DNA of 64,000 nt from an uncultured virus (IMG/VR IMGVR_UViG_3300022924_000206) (IMGVR_UViG_3300022924_000206); one strand, 5' to 3'; shown: positions 37,536 through 47,566, numbered from the stretch's first letter. The notes: generated by a model from the sequence alone, not told the origin. Numbers and translations: made by a program.

Positions 37536-37790
37536 ATGACAAGTGTATTTTTAGGCTGCACGGTGATCGGAATGATCCCGAAGGGCGTATCCGGGGTTAC
37601 TCGTATGACTCCCGGCAATGAGCTTTATCTGTTGGAAAAGATCGCTCGTGTTCAACCACTAGTAAAAGGCGATGCTAAATCAGCCGCCGTACTCACTTTC
37701 GTGACGGATTCCAACATGCCGGAGGCTCGTCTAGTGCTTCAAGAAACCTACGGTGAGATAACCGATAAACTGAAACCAGTCGTTCTTTAG
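37536..37790 (+). CDS. Hypothetical protein (leaderless)
   Basis: TGGTAGCAT-N6-ATG. Confidence 0.7.
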   Translation: MTSVFLGCTVIGMIPKGVSGVTRMTPGNELYLLEKIARVQPLVKGDAKSAAVLTFVTDSNMPEARLVLQETYGEITDKLKPVVL

Positions 37791-37791
37791 C

Positions 37792-38457
37792 ATGTTTAAT
37801 CGGAACTGCGGTAGCGGAAAATGGCAAATTGTTAGCTACACTCCCCGGGAGAGTTTTTCTGAGCTATTGAAAAATAAATCTGAAATCATAAGAACTTTGG
37901 GTAAAGGCGAATACACCGAGTTTCAAAAACGGGCTTACTCAATTTTCGATCAATCCACCTCCGTTGTTCTCCTAGGACAAATGTGTGGTTTCGGAAAAGC
38001 TACTCCTGGGTTTGATGAAGCAAATGTAGATTATGTTCTAAACATGGCTTTTTGGCTAAAAGATTTACATGATTATGGAAAAGCTAATCCTCTCGCATGT
38101 TTTCACAAAACGGATTTTGATCTCATCGAATCGCTTTTGGGTGAAGCTAACTCCATTATAGAGGACTTCAGTTACAACGGGATAGCTATTCAAAGAACCG
38201 TTGAGAAAATCAACGGTTTAATAGCTCGGCATTATGGCTCCAGAGCGCCGGGTCTAAAATTAGACTATTCTTCGTTATTTCGTTTGGGTCTGCTCAGTCT
38301 AGAAGAGATTACGAATATTTTAGAGGTGGATTTAGCTAAAATAACTTATAAAATAAGAGCAACCGATACCGAAAACTCTATTGAAGATTACTATGGCGTT
38401 CCAAATGTTCGTAAATCGTTGGATGATTTAGTGGTACTCTCTATTTTTACGAATTAA
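37792..38457 (+). CDS. Hypothetical protein
   Basis: 221-aa AT-richer ORF. Confidence 0.7.
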   Translation: MFNRNCGSGKWQIVSYTPRESFSELLKNKSEIIRTLGKGEYTEFQKRAYSIFDQSTSVVLLGQMCGFGKATPGFDEANVDYVLNMAFWLKDLHDYGKANPLACFHKTDFDLIESLLGEANSIIEDFSYNGIAIQRTVEKINGLIARHYGSRAPGLKLDYSSLFRLGLLSLEEITNILEVDLAKITYKIRATDTENSIEDYYGVPNVRKSLDDLVVLSIFTN

Positions 38458-38483
38458 AACTGTTTAGCTTGATATGATGCTTT

Positions 38484-38816
38484 ATGGCATCCATATTCTC
38501 ATTCATCAGAAACCCGCAATTAGCTGGGGACCTCGCAAGCTCCGTAGTAAAAGACGAGCTAGGCACCTTAGCAACAAAAGGTAAGCGTTATCTCCCCGGG
38601 ATAGGGTTCTTTATCGGAGGCTTAGTTGTCGCTTTGGGGGCAGCCGTATTAGTCGTCCTAGGACTTCTCGAGGTGCTCTCCTATGTGCTACCGTTCTGGG
38701 TAGCAGCACTTCTGCTAGGTATTTCCCTCGGCTTAGTGGCCTTTGGTTTGATTTACCAGGCTCGAGCTAGCTTCGTAGCAGCGGCCGCCGAGGATGTCGA
38801 AGAAATTCAAGGCTGA
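38484..38816 (+). CDS. Actinobacterial holin-like two-TM protein
   Basis: VVKDELG...two TM segments, LP.W.AALL. Confidence 0.6.
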   Translation: MASIFSFIRNPQLAGDLASSVVKDELGTLATKGKRYLPGIGFFIGGLVVALGAAVLVVLGLLEVLSYVLPFWVAALLLGISLGLVAFGLIYQARASFVAAAAEDVEEIQG

Positions 38817-38880
38817 TACTGCCAAACAGCTAGGATAATCCTAGCCGCTGAATTCTAATTCTCTGTAAAGAGAATAGGTA

Positions 38881-39747
38881 TTAGATTCCTCTTAGGATTT
38901 CAGCTAATGTCTTACGTGGCTTGCTAGCCTTTACGGCTCTAACGATTGTCTCTTTCTCGCCTCGAGGACGGCTTCTTGCCGCACGAAGCCACTGCTTACT
39001 AGCGATTTTGTAGCCTTTATCCTCCACGGCAGCGAAGATTTTCTCGGTGAGGAGAATATAATTATCTCGCTCCTGGAAATCCTTAAACCGCGGAGCGTGC
39101 TCAAGCATGTAGACCCATTTCGGATCATTGCTGTTCTTGCGTCGATTGTAGTACTGACTAGCCTTCTCTTCGTCACTCATGAAGAGCTCACCGAGCTGAC
39201 GCTCGTAAACTGTTTTCCAATGCTCTTCAAAGCCCTCTGGAATATTCAAACGGCTGAAAAGAAGAGGATCATAGATGGTGCGCCAACGGAAATTAGCTAG
39301 TTCACTTAGGTAGTTCTCTTGAGCAAACTTATGGTCCTTATTGAAGCTTTTTGTGAGTACCGCGGCGGTAGCGTACTCTTTAGGATACTTCTTTTTGAAA
39401 GGCTTCATATATGTGGAAAGCCAGCGAGCGTACTCTTTGAGGGTAGGGAACCTGCTCGGTAAACCGAGGCTAAGTCGTTCCGCGTAGTACTCAAGAGGAT
39501 GTTTATCTCCCCGAGCTTTATTGCATGAGGAGCAGGCAACCACGAGGTTACCGATCACGGTGATTCCAGCCGTGGCGATGGGGAATAGATGGTCAGTCGG
39601 CTCGCCGTGCTCGTCGATACCGCAGATGTGACACGCGGTGCCGAATTCCTCTAAATAATCCCTGTAGGATTGTGGACCCGTGAAAAATGAGTCAGCATAA
39701 AGCCTCTGCCAATCGAGAGTCTTACGAGGCGTGTAAGCGCGTGCCAT
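38881..39747 (-). CDS. HNH endonuclease
   Basis: CHICG...DHLFP..AG....NLVVACSSCNKARG. Confidence 0.85.
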   Translation of the reverse strand: MARAYTPRKTLDWQRLYADSFFTGPQSYRDYLEEFGTACHICGIDEHGEPTDHLFPIATAGITVIGNLVVACSSCNKARGDKHPLEYYAERLSLGLPSRFPTLKEYARWLSTYMKPFKKKYPKEYATAAVLTKSFNKDHKFAQENYLSELANFRWRTIYDPLLFSRLNIPEGFEEHWKTVYERQLGELFMSDEEKASQYYNRRKNSNDPKWVYMLEHAPRFKDFQERDNYILLTEKIFAAVEDKGYKIASKQWLRAARSRPRGEKETIVRAVKASKPRKTLAEILRGI

Positions 39748-39814
39748 TGGTACCTTTTCTCTAATCTTTCAATGCCATCATATCTTATTTACAGATTTTT
39801 CGATAATAGTATCC

Positions 39815-40330
39815 ATGGAAAAGTTGAGAACAGATGAAGTAGTGAAGAGCGGTTCACCGATTATTAGCGACTTTGACAAGCTAATTTTAGCGGGGATAGC
39901 TCAAGCCGAGAGTGAAAAAGTCTCAACGGAAACCACCCGCGAGGAAAAACTTGGGATCCTGTTTTTGCTTATCCTCGGTGGGCTATTGTATTTTGTAGGT
40001 TTCTTTATTACTCCTTGGCCAATTGAAAGCTATAGCTTCGCTTTTATCCCCGTTTTTGGTGCTCTTCTCTGGGGAAGCATGTTCATAGTCTCGGCTAGAC
40101 TCCGCTGGGAAACGCTTAGCGCTCAAGCAGTTGTTTTAGCATGGGTCTATGTGCCGATGATCGTATTTCTCTCATACTTAGCTAGTACTTTTCTAGCGGA
40201 TGCTCCGAAAAGCGCTTGGAACGATCTTTTTGAAAATCTCACGGTGATCTGGGGCGGGGCAAGCCTGCTATTAGCAGTGCTCATAAGCATTGCGGCCGTG
40301 AAAGAGCTAGTGCTTAGTAAAAGAGCTTAG
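39815..40330 (+). CDS. Four-TM membrane protein
   Basis: Four hydrophobic segments. Confidence 0.75.
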   Translation: MEKLRTDEVVKSGSPIISDFDKLILAGIAQAESEKVSTETTREEKLGILFLLILGGLLYFVGFFITPWPIESYSFAFIPVFGALLWGSMFIVSARLRWETLSAQAVVLAWVYVPMIVFLSYLASTFLADAPKSAWNDLFENLTVIWGGASLLLAVLISIAAVKELVLSKRA

Positions 40331-40707
40331 TTCAATCTCTCGAATGTAGCTGAAGGAGCTTTGCTCCAGTGATTTTTGCACCAGGCGCAAAGCAACCTAG
40401 TAGCGGGAGCTATTTCCCCGAGCTCAGAGTCACCGGTGAAGAATCCGATCCATTTCGGCGCCATGAAACAGCCTTTTGGTTCGGTCATGGCTACCCCGAT
40501 GTAGGGCTCTGACGTTTGAGAAATACTTTCATTGAATTTCGGCGTAAACCCATCGCGCTCTGCGATAGAAGGTAACTGAAGGTAGTGATGAATTCCATCG
40601 GTAAGTTCCTCGTGCCCACAATCACAGCCCCTATTAGTATAACCCTCAAGTTTAGGTAAAACTTTTTCTCGAGGCGCGGCGTGTTCCACTAAAGTGCTCA
40701 TGCCCAT
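40327..40707 (-). CDS. Cys/His-rich protein (paralog of 56519)
   Basis: CDCGH..HH.L...C....W....CxxC..W. Confidence 0.7.
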   Translation of the reverse strand: MGMSTLVEHAAPREKVLPKLEGYTNRGCDCGHEELTDGIHHYLQLPSIAERDGFTPKFNESISQTSEPYIGVAMTEPKGCFMAPKWIGFFTGDSELGEIAPATRLLCAWCKNHWSKAPSATFERLN

Positions 40708-40755
40708 ATGGTACCATAGAAAAACTATTGACCAAAACCTATAAGGAGCGATTCC

Positions 40756-41184
40756 ATGACAAACGCCATGCTAAGAAATGCGACTCCTGCGGACCAAGAT
40801 TCGGTCCTAAGCGTCTTCCTAGATGCTTGGACTAAACTTTGTCTTGAGCTAGGAATTGACATCGACATGGGAAATCTTCCCAGATTTAGAATTGATGCTA
40901 CGAAGGTAGCTCTAGTCGATGACGAGCTGGTAGGATTCTTCCGGCTCAACGAATCCCGAGAGCTTCTCGAGCGGATCTACGTGAATCCCGTGTATCAGCA
41001 CTCCGGAGTGGGTGGCCTTCTCCTAAAAAACGCCGAGGAGCTTGGGGCAAAAGAGCTCTGGGTGGACGAGGGTAATGTGAATGCTCAGAGGTTCTATGAG
41101 TCCCACGGATGGGCTGATAGTGGGTTGCGTGCCCCAGGTTATCTTGTCCCAGAAAGCGTCATGCTTCGCTACGAGCGCAAGTGA
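40756..41184 (+). CDS. GNAT acetyltransferase
   Basis: IYVNPVYQHSGVGGLLL, N..AQRFYESHGW. Confidence 0.9.
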   Translation: MTNAMLRNATPADQDSVLSVFLDAWTKLCLELGIDIDMGNLPRFRIDATKVALVDDELVGFFRLNESRELLERIYVNPVYQHSGVGGLLLKNAEELGAKELWVDEGNVNAQRFYESHGWADSGLRAPGYLVPESVMLRYERK

Positions 41185-41193
41185 GTGCTTCGC

Positions 41194-41361
41194 ATGATTG
41201 ATTTCACTCTCGTAATCGTAGTTTTTCTCCTAATCTTCGGAGGACTTCTATTACGCTCGGTGGTCAAGGTCAAGCGGATCCAAGAGGCCGAAGCTCAACG
41301 AGCGAGAGATTTTCAAGCTCAAATGCTCTCGGAGCTAGACAATCCTTCCGAAGAGCTTTAG
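41194..41361 (+). CDS. 55-aa membrane peptide
   Basis: Hand-translated MIDFTLVIVVFLLIFGGLLLRSVV... Confidence 0.6.
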   Translation: MIDFTLVIVVFLLIFGGLLLRSVVKVKRIQEAEAQRARDFQAQMLSELDNPSEEL

Positions 41362-41486
41362 CCGATATAAGTTCTGTTGTATCCGCAATAATGTGGCGGA
41401 GCTGTCTAAATTAGCGGTTATTCGTCCAGGCGAGTAGTTACCTTGTGAATTGAGGTACAATATTCAAAAGATATGGAGTCCTCCGC

Positions 41487-42014
41487 GTGAATAGAACACT
41501 AAAGCTCTCACTCATTAGCCTGACAGCTATAGCCCTCATGGTATTCGTGGTGGTAGCCACTCTTCTTGGTGGGCGTTCAAGCGGCACAACCGATGTGGCT
41601 CCAACCCCGGTGCCTGGAATCACAGCAAATCCCGCTGACGGTGGAGAAAGTGAAAGCTTCTTAGAATCCACTGAAGAGATGCAGCTAGTAATCGGTGCTC
41701 TCGTGGGAGCCTCCGGTGTGAGCACGTGGGTTCCTGAAGAACCGATCGCTACCCAAGAGGAATCACCTTATTGCGATGCTCCTAAGAACACCGTTTGGTA
41801 TCTCACATGGAGTGGGTCCGGTGAAGGCTCTTATGATGTTTTGGCAGACAACCTAATCAACACTTTCGCTAGCAACAGCGATTACACGGTTGAAGAGGTT
41901 TCCCCAGGAGTCGTGGATGTGACCGGTATTAGTGGTTTCCGCGGTGTCGTCACTTGGGATGCAGTTGCCCAGACCGTGAACCTAGAGCTCGTCTCATCCT
42001 GCTACGAAAACTGA
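41487..42014 (+). CDS. Membrane-anchored exported protein
   Basis: N-terminal TM helix; Cys pair. Confidence 0.75.
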   Translation: MNRTLKLSLISLTAIALMVFVVVATLLGGRSSGTTDVAPTPVPGITANPADGGESESFLESTEEMQLVIGALVGASGVSTWVPEEPIATQEESPYCDAPKNTVWYLTWSGSGEGSYDVLADNLINTFASNSDYTVEEVSPGVVDVTGISGFRGVVTWDAVAQTVNLELVSSCYEN

Positions 42015-42058
42015 ATTAGTTTTTGACAAAAGAACCCCTCTAATGTAGGATTGGTTCC

Positions 42059-42439
42059 ATGAAAAAGTCTCTCGCTCTCCTGGTGGTAATCACCGCAACT
42101 TTGGCGCTCGCAGGATGCTCTTCGGAGCCCGACGGTCCCACCGGAGATACCGTGCGTGATCCAATTCCTCTGAGCCAATTTTTCGATGAGACTCTTCGGG
42201 TGGAGTTCGATGGAGGAGTTGATCTTCTTTGCTACGGCACCCAGGCGGATTCCGATTCAGCCGCCTACGTTTGCGATTGGGATTCTCTTGAAACACCTCA
42301 GAAACTCGCTCTTGTGGAGGGCTCAGAGTACGATTTTGCCTACGTCTCTATTAGTAACGAAATCGTTCCTTGCCTATTCTACAGACTTGGGGAAACCGAC
42401 GGTTGGAGCTCTTGCGGTTTCGGTGAAGTGAAACTCTAA
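42059..42439 (+). CDS. Lipoprotein (distant paralog of 29179/29572)
   Basis: LAGC lipobox; same four-Cys spacing. Confidence 0.75.
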   Translation: MKKSLALLVVITATLALAGCSSEPDGPTGDTVRDPIPLSQFFDETLRVEFDGGVDLLCYGTQADSDSAAYVCDWDSLETPQKLALVEGSEYDFAYVSISNEIVPCLFYRLGETDGWSSCGFGEVKL

Positions 42440-42837
42440 TGCGTGACTACAACTACGAACTGTTAGTTGAAGATTACGCGGATTTTCAAAAGCATTTAGG
42501 TTTTTGCTTCGATGTGATCGGTGGTCAGCTCACCGGGATGGCCCTTGGCTATAGCCACGATGTCATCATCAAATTTCGAGTTCAAGGCACCGATGACAAA
42601 AGTCTTCCTCTCCTCACCGGCGAGCTCTATAGGCTCCTAAAACGTTCCATCGAGGCTAGGGGGAAAAGAGCCACGGCGCGTTGGTGGAATGAGGCTCTCG
42701 TGGATACTCTAGGTGTTCGACCTCACATGGCCTTTTATCATGGTGCCCACGAGCAGCTTAACGAAGCTGTAGATAGAGCACTAAAAGAAAACACTTGGAA
42801 GCTGTTTTTCAAAGATTTAGTTAGGAGAGTGGCATGA
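42439..42837 (+). CDS. Hypothetical protein
   Basis: Coupled ORF. Confidence 0.7.
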   Translation: MRDYNYELLVEDYADFQKHLGFCFDVIGGQLTGMALGYSHDVIIKFRVQGTDDKSLPLLTGELYRLLKRSIEARGKRATARWWNEALVDTLGVRPHMAFYHGAHEQLNEAVDRALKENTWKLFFKDLVRRVA

Positions 42838-43286
42838 GTAGGAAGCATCCAAATCAAGAGCCACCTAAGGTGAAAACGAACCTTGAGAAGCTGAAAGAGA
42901 CGGTGGAAGAGATTCGCGTTCGGGAGGACCTTATCGAGCTCTCACTCCACGCTAAAGGGGTACAGACTTTCATGTCCGTAGAACTCATGGGACTTCCAAA
43001 AGGTGGCGGTCGAAAGCCTATCCGAGTAGCAAGTGAACTAAAAGAGCTTACTAAAATCGTGCGCTTGGAGACCGCCGATCACATTGGTCGCCCCTGGTAT
43101 TCAATGACGATTACTAGCGGTCACGGTCACTACTACAAATTCCAACAGACCAATGTGCTAATGGATCGAGTTTGTGAGCCAAGGCCTCACGGCGCCATGA
43201 TCCCACCGGAGGATCTATTCTTAGATTATGTGGAGTTCCCACGGTTCGCCGCTGAGATGCCGCCTTGGGTTGTAGCTCGCCTGTAA
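42834..43286 (+). CDS. Immunity-protein-like (YezG/DUF600-type) protein
   Basis: R..G.PWYSMTI...EP......ED...D..EFPR...MPPWV. Confidence 0.55.
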   Translation: MSRKHPNQEPPKVKTNLEKLKETVEEIRVREDLIELSLHAKGVQTFMSVELMGLPKGGGRKPIRVASELKELTKIVRLETADHIGRPWYSMTITSGHGHYYKFQQTNVLMDRVCEPRPHGAMIPPEDLFLDYVEFPRFAAEMPPWVVARL

Positions 43287-43380
43287 TAAAGATCTCATAG
43301 TTTTCTTCGAATCTTCATAAGACTCTAAAATGTGTTGGTACTATGCGAAGTATTTTACTTTAGGCACAGGAGTTACCCCA

Positions 43381-43728
43381 ATGAAGTTTACCACAGCGCA
43401 AGAAGAGGCTATCCTTAGCGAGCTCGAATACGGGTTTAGAACTCTAGAGGCTGACCGACTTTGGGTAGAGCAACTGCGTCCGTTTTTCTTGGAGTGTGAC
43501 GAATCCGAAAATGGGGATCTAATCTTCGGCTCCTCTCCGGAGGAGCTAGCCTATCGCTACCGCTCTCTTGCGGTATCTTACATCCTACGCTCAGTTCAGA
43601 AGAGCATGCCTAACTCATACAACGAGAACTATGTACTTCAAACAATGCCGAAAGATTTAGTCGCTCATCTAGCTCTTGCCATGAGCGATGCGGTTTATGT
43701 TTCTTTACTCACCGCTAGAAGCGTCTGA
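43381..43728 (+). CDS. Hypothetical protein
   Basis: Start MKFTT behind AGGAG. Confidence 0.7.
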   Translation: MKFTTAQEEAILSELEYGFRTLEADRLWVEQLRPFFLECDESENGDLIFGSSPEELAYRYRSLAVSYILRSVQKSMPNSYNENYVLQTMPKDLVAHLALAMSDAVYVSLLTARSV

Positions 43729-44169
43729 TTCCATTTCGATCCGGGGAGGATCCGAAATAACCACTTGGATTTTCTCTTTGAGAAGAGCGATGGCGGCGTT
43801 CCATCCATCCTGATAGGCCCAAGCCTCGGCGTCTGGGAAATCACTACTTTTATCCGTTATCAAGCTCAGATAAGGAAGAAGTTCGGAGAGAGCTAAAGCA
43901 CGAGCCTGTTTCAACTCCGTGGTTAGGTGTTCAGTGTCCCGCAGAAGTTCAGTGTTTATTTCACCGGCAATTCGCATTTCTTCCTCACGGACATCTTCAC
44001 GAAGATATGTGGAAATATTTTCTAGATGAGTTTCAAAGTCATCTTCAGCTCCGGCGTCAAGAGCTCTTTTGCTGTAGCCGGAATCTTTCTCTTCTTCGTA
44101 GTAGCCGGTCAAGTAAAGCTCGCGGAGTCGCTCAACGGCTTTGTCATAGCGCATCTCAATATAACTCAC
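43705..44169 (-). CDS. Coiled-coil protein, AWAFQDG family
   Basis: DAEAWAYQDGWNAAI. Confidence 0.7.
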   Translation of the reverse strand: MSYIEMRYDKAVERLRELYLTGYYEEEKDSGYSKRALDAGAEDDFETHLENISTYLREDVREEEMRIAGEINTELLRDTEHLTTELKQARALALSELLPYLSLITDKSSDFPDAEAWAYQDGWNAAIALLKEKIQVVISDPPRIEMESDASSGE

Positions 44170-44263
44170 GAGCCTCTTCTTCCACTAAGTAAAATTTGAA
44201 TTCATAGTAACGAAATTTCGGACGATATGACTATGAGAAAATAACTAGAGTTCGGAGATTTGA

Positions 44264-44443
44264 GTGGACACCATCTTTTTAGCCGTCGGTATCGGTTTCG
44301 TAGTATTCATTGTCATAGGAATCCTCGGAAGCATATTTAGATTTGCCGCGGGCCTCATAAAAACCATGTTCTCCATCGCAGTATTTGCCGCCATTGTTCT
44401 TGTAATTATCTACTTTATGAACGGGCAGCAACTTCCGTTCTAA
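44264..44443 (+). CDS. 59-aa two-TM protein
   Basis: Hand-translated MDTIFLAVGIGFVVFIVIGILGSIFRFAAG...; GGAG RBS. Confidence 0.65.
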   Translation: MDTIFLAVGIGFVVFIVIGILGSIFRFAAGLIKTMFSIAVFAAIVLVIIYFMNGQQLPF

Positions 44444-44451
44444 TCGTATCC

Positions 44452-44499
44452 AGCGGCGCCAGATTCAAGCCTAAGCGAGTTTATTGAATAGCTTGCACG
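44452..44499 (+). repeat. Dispersed ~48-bp repeat copy
   Basis: AGCGGCGCCAGATTCAAGCCTAAGCGAGTTTATTGAATAGCTTGCACG. Confidence 0.7.
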
Positions 44500-44585
44500 C
44501 ATCCATGGTTTCCTTACACAAACTCATAGAAACGCACTGGTAAATGGTATATTTAGTAATAAGTTTCTGATCAAAAGGAGTTCTC

Positions 44586-44897
44586 ATGACCGATCCTCTC
44601 ATCCAGGCTCAGGCCGTTCAAGCGGTGCAGCAGCAACAAGCGGCAGTGCAGCAAACTCAGCAGGCTACTCAAGGAGTTCCGATGGATGTGGTCGGTGGGG
44701 GTTTAGATATTGCCTCAAACGTGGCAAGCGTGGCTATAGAGGTTTCCACCGCAAACGAAGCTAATACAACCATATTCGAGATTCTTGGTGATGTGGCCGG
44801 AAACATCGGTGAGGTTGCTGGCAATGTGGGAGAGGTCGCGGGAGATCTCGCCGGCGGCGCAGTAGAAATTATAGGCGGGATCCTCGGAGGACTCTAA
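44586..44897 (+). CDS. Low-complexity Gln / Gly-Val repeat protein
   Basis: Q-rich N-terminus; GDVAGNIGEVAGNVGEVAGDLAG heptads; AAGGAG RBS. Confidence 0.75.
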   Translation: MTDPLIQAQAVQAVQQQQAAVQQTQQATQGVPMDVVGGGLDIASNVASVAIEVSTANEANTTIFEILGDVAGNIGEVAGNVGEVAGDLAGGAVEIIGGILGGL

Positions 44898-45358
44898 ACC
44901 GTAAGTTCTTCAGCCCAGAGCTCCACTAGGGCCTCTTCGTCACTCGATGAAGAGGCCCTAGCTGTTTCCCAACGAGCGCACATGGGACCAGTCGAAACGA
45001 GCCCATTTCTCACTTCGTTAAAGAATTGGCTCATTCGCTCTTTCGGTTCCCCGCCGAAACAATAATACGGATGAGTTCCCTCGTAGATGAGACCGAGTTC
45101 GCTAATGTCGCAGAGTCTAGTTGCAAACCATTCGGATAGAACTTTAGTGGCCTCTAGATTTCCGGTGATGCTTAGAGGTTTGTCATTCCCCTCTTGAAAG
45201 TTAGCGAAATCCTGAATCATCTCATCGAGATCAGAATCTCGATATGAGTAGCTCATGAGTAGCATTTGAAAGCTGGCTAGCTGATCAAGCTCTAGAGCGG
45301 TGAGCTCTAGAGACTCCATGGTTTTTCGAACCGCCAGGGGAAGCGGGCCTACCGTCAC
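44894..45358 (-). CDS. Hypothetical protein
   Basis: 154-aa ORF. Confidence 0.7.
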   Translation of the reverse strand: MTVGPLPLAVRKTMESLELTALELDQLASFQMLLMSYSYRDSDLDEMIQDFANFQEGNDKPLSITGNLEATKVLSEWFATRLCDISELGLIYEGTHPYYCFGGEPKERMSQFFNEVRNGLVSTGPMCARWETARASSSSDEEALVELWAEELTV

Positions 45359-45966
45359 AGGAAAGCCTTTTCAAACGGCCGACTACGCTTGAGTAGCGTA
45401 ACATCGTGCTCGAGGAACTTCTCATGAGAGCTGTAACCGAAAACCGGGGTGGCTTTGAGCTGCTCTTCGGTGAAATCAAGATCAAGAACAAGTTTACCAG
45501 CTTTACGAGCTACCTTGTCCTTGGAGGCTTCGATGAATGTAACCGTGCTCACAAGCTCGCGGCCCATCCATGAGCGTACTAGAGTGCGGTAGGAGGCACT
45601 CGCCCCGCGGCCGCTCCGTAGCACTAGGATTTCCACGCGCTCACCGAAAGGTGAAACACGATCAATGGATGAGAGCATCTCTCGGCGCTCCTGACGGGTT
45701 AGACGACTTAGGTCAACCACACCGTCGAGCTCCCGCTCGTTACGCTTAGCTCGGCGAAGAAGGTTCTTCTTCCAGTGAGCGATAACGCTAACAACTCCGG
45801 ACTTTTCGTTTTGAATCAGCTGCCCGTCCCAGAAAAGCTCAAGGTCCTGGCCGATCTTTTCGATGGGCTTGTCAAAGACGTGCTCCTTAGAAACCCAGGT
45901 GGCACCGATAAGGTCGAACCCAAACATAATCGGTTCTCCACGGCGGAGAACAATAAATTCTTTCAT
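45355..45966 (-). CDS. Hypothetical protein
   Basis: 203-aa ORF. Confidence 0.7.
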   Translation of the reverse strand: MKEFIVLRRGEPIMFGFDLIGATWVSKEHVFDKPIEKIGQDLELFWDGQLIQNEKSGVVSVIAHWKKNLLRRAKRNERELDGVVDLSRLTRQERREMLSSIDRVSPFGERVEILVLRSGRGASASYRTLVRSWMGRELVSTVTFIEASKDKVARKAGKLVLDLDFTEEQLKATPVFGYSSHEKFLEHDVTLLKRSRPFEKAFL

Positions 45967-46037
45967 CTTTGTGTCCTAGTTTTCGGTAAATCTTACAAAC
46001 GTCTAGCGTGAATTGGTGCCTTTACGGTGAGGAAAGG

Positions 46038-46217
46038 TTACGGGCGGGTGAGCTTAGCGAAGTCGGAATCGACGCGCTTCTGCAGCTCACCATCGACCGT
46101 GGTGGAGATACGGCGGGAAACCTGGGCGCTCACGCGAGCAGGCTTACCCACGAGGGCTCTGAAGAGCTGGCTGAGCTTAGAATGCTCGGGCTGGGATGCC
46201 ATGAGGGTGATCTTCAT
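46038..46217 (-). CDS. Small basic protein
   Basis: Start MKITLM behind GAAGGAAAG. Confidence 0.55.
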   Translation of the reverse strand: MKITLMASQPEHSKLSQLFRALVGKPARVSAQVSRRISTTVDGELQKRVDSDFAKLTRP

Positions 46218-46230
46218 TTTTCTTTCCTTC

Positions 46231-46743
46231 TCAATCGTGGGCCCGAACGGGGCCAAACTTCGTGTCTTCGAACCACACCAGGTAGATGCGGGTTTCCTTT
46301 ACGGCGTTGCGGTGCTTGCAAGAGTTAGAGGCGCAGTAGCGCTCCGAGAACTTGCTCAACTTACGGTGAGCCGTGTATTCAGCTCCGCAGTTGGGGCAAA
46401 CAGTTTTGTATTTATAGGTTTTTGCTTGGAGCTCTTCAACGGCCGGTGAAGCTGTATAAGTACGACTTCCGTTGCCGCCTAGCTCGATAAACTTTCGGCG
46501 CCATACATTGTCATGTGCGTGGCGCGGTCCAACTAAAGCGTGAGCGATTTCGTGAAGGATTGTCATGGTGACTTCCTCCGCAGTGCGAGCTTCGGTGAGA
46601 GGTTTTGAAAGTGAAATGTGCTTACGCGAGGTGTAACAAATGCCTGCTCTACCGATAGCCCTGTTGAAGCCAAACGTCCACTCTTCGAGCCCATGGTCAT
46701 CCATAAGGGTTCGGGCTGTGGCCTCAGCATCGTCAATTAGCAT
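46231..46743 (-). CDS. SprT-like zinc metalloprotease (leaderless)
   Basis: AGIC...TILHEIAHAL...HD..W...CPNC. Confidence 0.9.
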   Translation of the reverse strand: MLIDDAEATARTLMDDHGLEEWTFGFNRAIGRAGICYTSRKHISLSKPLTEARTAEEVTMTILHEIAHALVGPRHAHDNVWRRKFIELGGNGSRTYTASPAVEELQAKTYKYKTVCPNCGAEYTAHRKLSKFSERYCASNSCKHRNAVKETRIYLVWFEDTKFGPVRAHD

Positions 46744-46824
46744 AGTGCTATTGTATCGTCAAATCGGCTCTACTGTCAATGGTTTTCAACAAATTTCTAA
46801 TAAAAATTACGGTAGAATGACCCT

Positions 46825-47259
46825 ATGGAAATCACAGAAGACCAGAAAAGCTATGTGCTTTTTCAATTGAGCAGCTTCCCCGAATCGAGTCGGATTACTA
46901 TGGAGCGCATGTTCTCTAATCATCTATTACCGTTTATCCAGCGCCACGAGCTCGATCAATTACAAGAAATTGTAGAGCAATATGACGAAGGAAATGAGGA
47001 TGAGCTTCGCCAATTCGCGGTTGATTTTCTTCTAGCAGATTCCGTTGCTAGATTCCCAGAGCACCCGGAAATTGATTTGCTCTCTCGTATCCGTCCGGAG
47101 CATGTTGACGTGGGAAGTAAGTTCGCTGGGATTCTTTTAGCCTGGGTCACCCAGGCTTTAGTAACCGATCAACTCACCAGTGAAATCGCTAAAAATAAAG
47201 CGGCCGATCTGGACTCAGAGCTCGAACAATTCTTCGAGGAGGAGAGTAAAGGTGAATAA
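46825..47259 (+). CDS. Hypothetical protein (leaderless)
   Basis: TAGAAT-N6-ATG. Confidence 0.75.
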   Translation: MEITEDQKSYVLFQLSSFPESSRITMERMFSNHLLPFIQRHELDQLQEIVEQYDEGNEDELRQFAVDFLLADSVARFPEHPEIDLLSRIRPEHVDVGSKFAGILLAWVTQALVTDQLTSEIAKNKAADLDSELEQFFEEESKGE

Positions 47260-47566
47260 GTTACAGGGAGCTTTAGCGCGTTTGTCGCGAGACGCCGATA
47301 CTGGTATAGTTTCAATCGTGGATACGGACGATCTTCTTCGGGTTATTAAAGTAGCTTCCGCGGTTGCCGGAGGCTACGGTATTTACTCTGGGGCAACTTT
47401 ACCTCAGGGGCAATCGCCAACGGCTGAGGACGCGAAAAAGGCCATTGACGCCGTGAGAAATTGTGCGTTTAGCTCCGTCCATGAAGATCCGGACGGGAAA
47501 GCCTACTACGTGGTGGCTCCGGCGGAGGCCGTCTCTGTTATTCTGAAATATGTGGAGAGCTCATGA
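47252..47566 (+). CDS. Hypothetical protein
   Basis: GTG start behind GAGGAG. Confidence 0.7.
   Translation: MNKLQGALARLSRDADTGIVSIVDTDDLLRVIKVASAVAGGYGIYSGATLPQGQSPTAEDAKKAIDAVRNCAFSSVHEDPDGKAYYVVAPAEAVSVILKYVESS

Noticed and set aside
32876..39747. HNH genes as intron or intein-associated mobile elements
   Set aside because: Both are free-standing with no interrupted host gene or intron structure visible.
44790..44860. 21-bp quasi-periodic sequence
   Set aside because: Explained by protein heptads GEVAGNV; not a DNA-level element.
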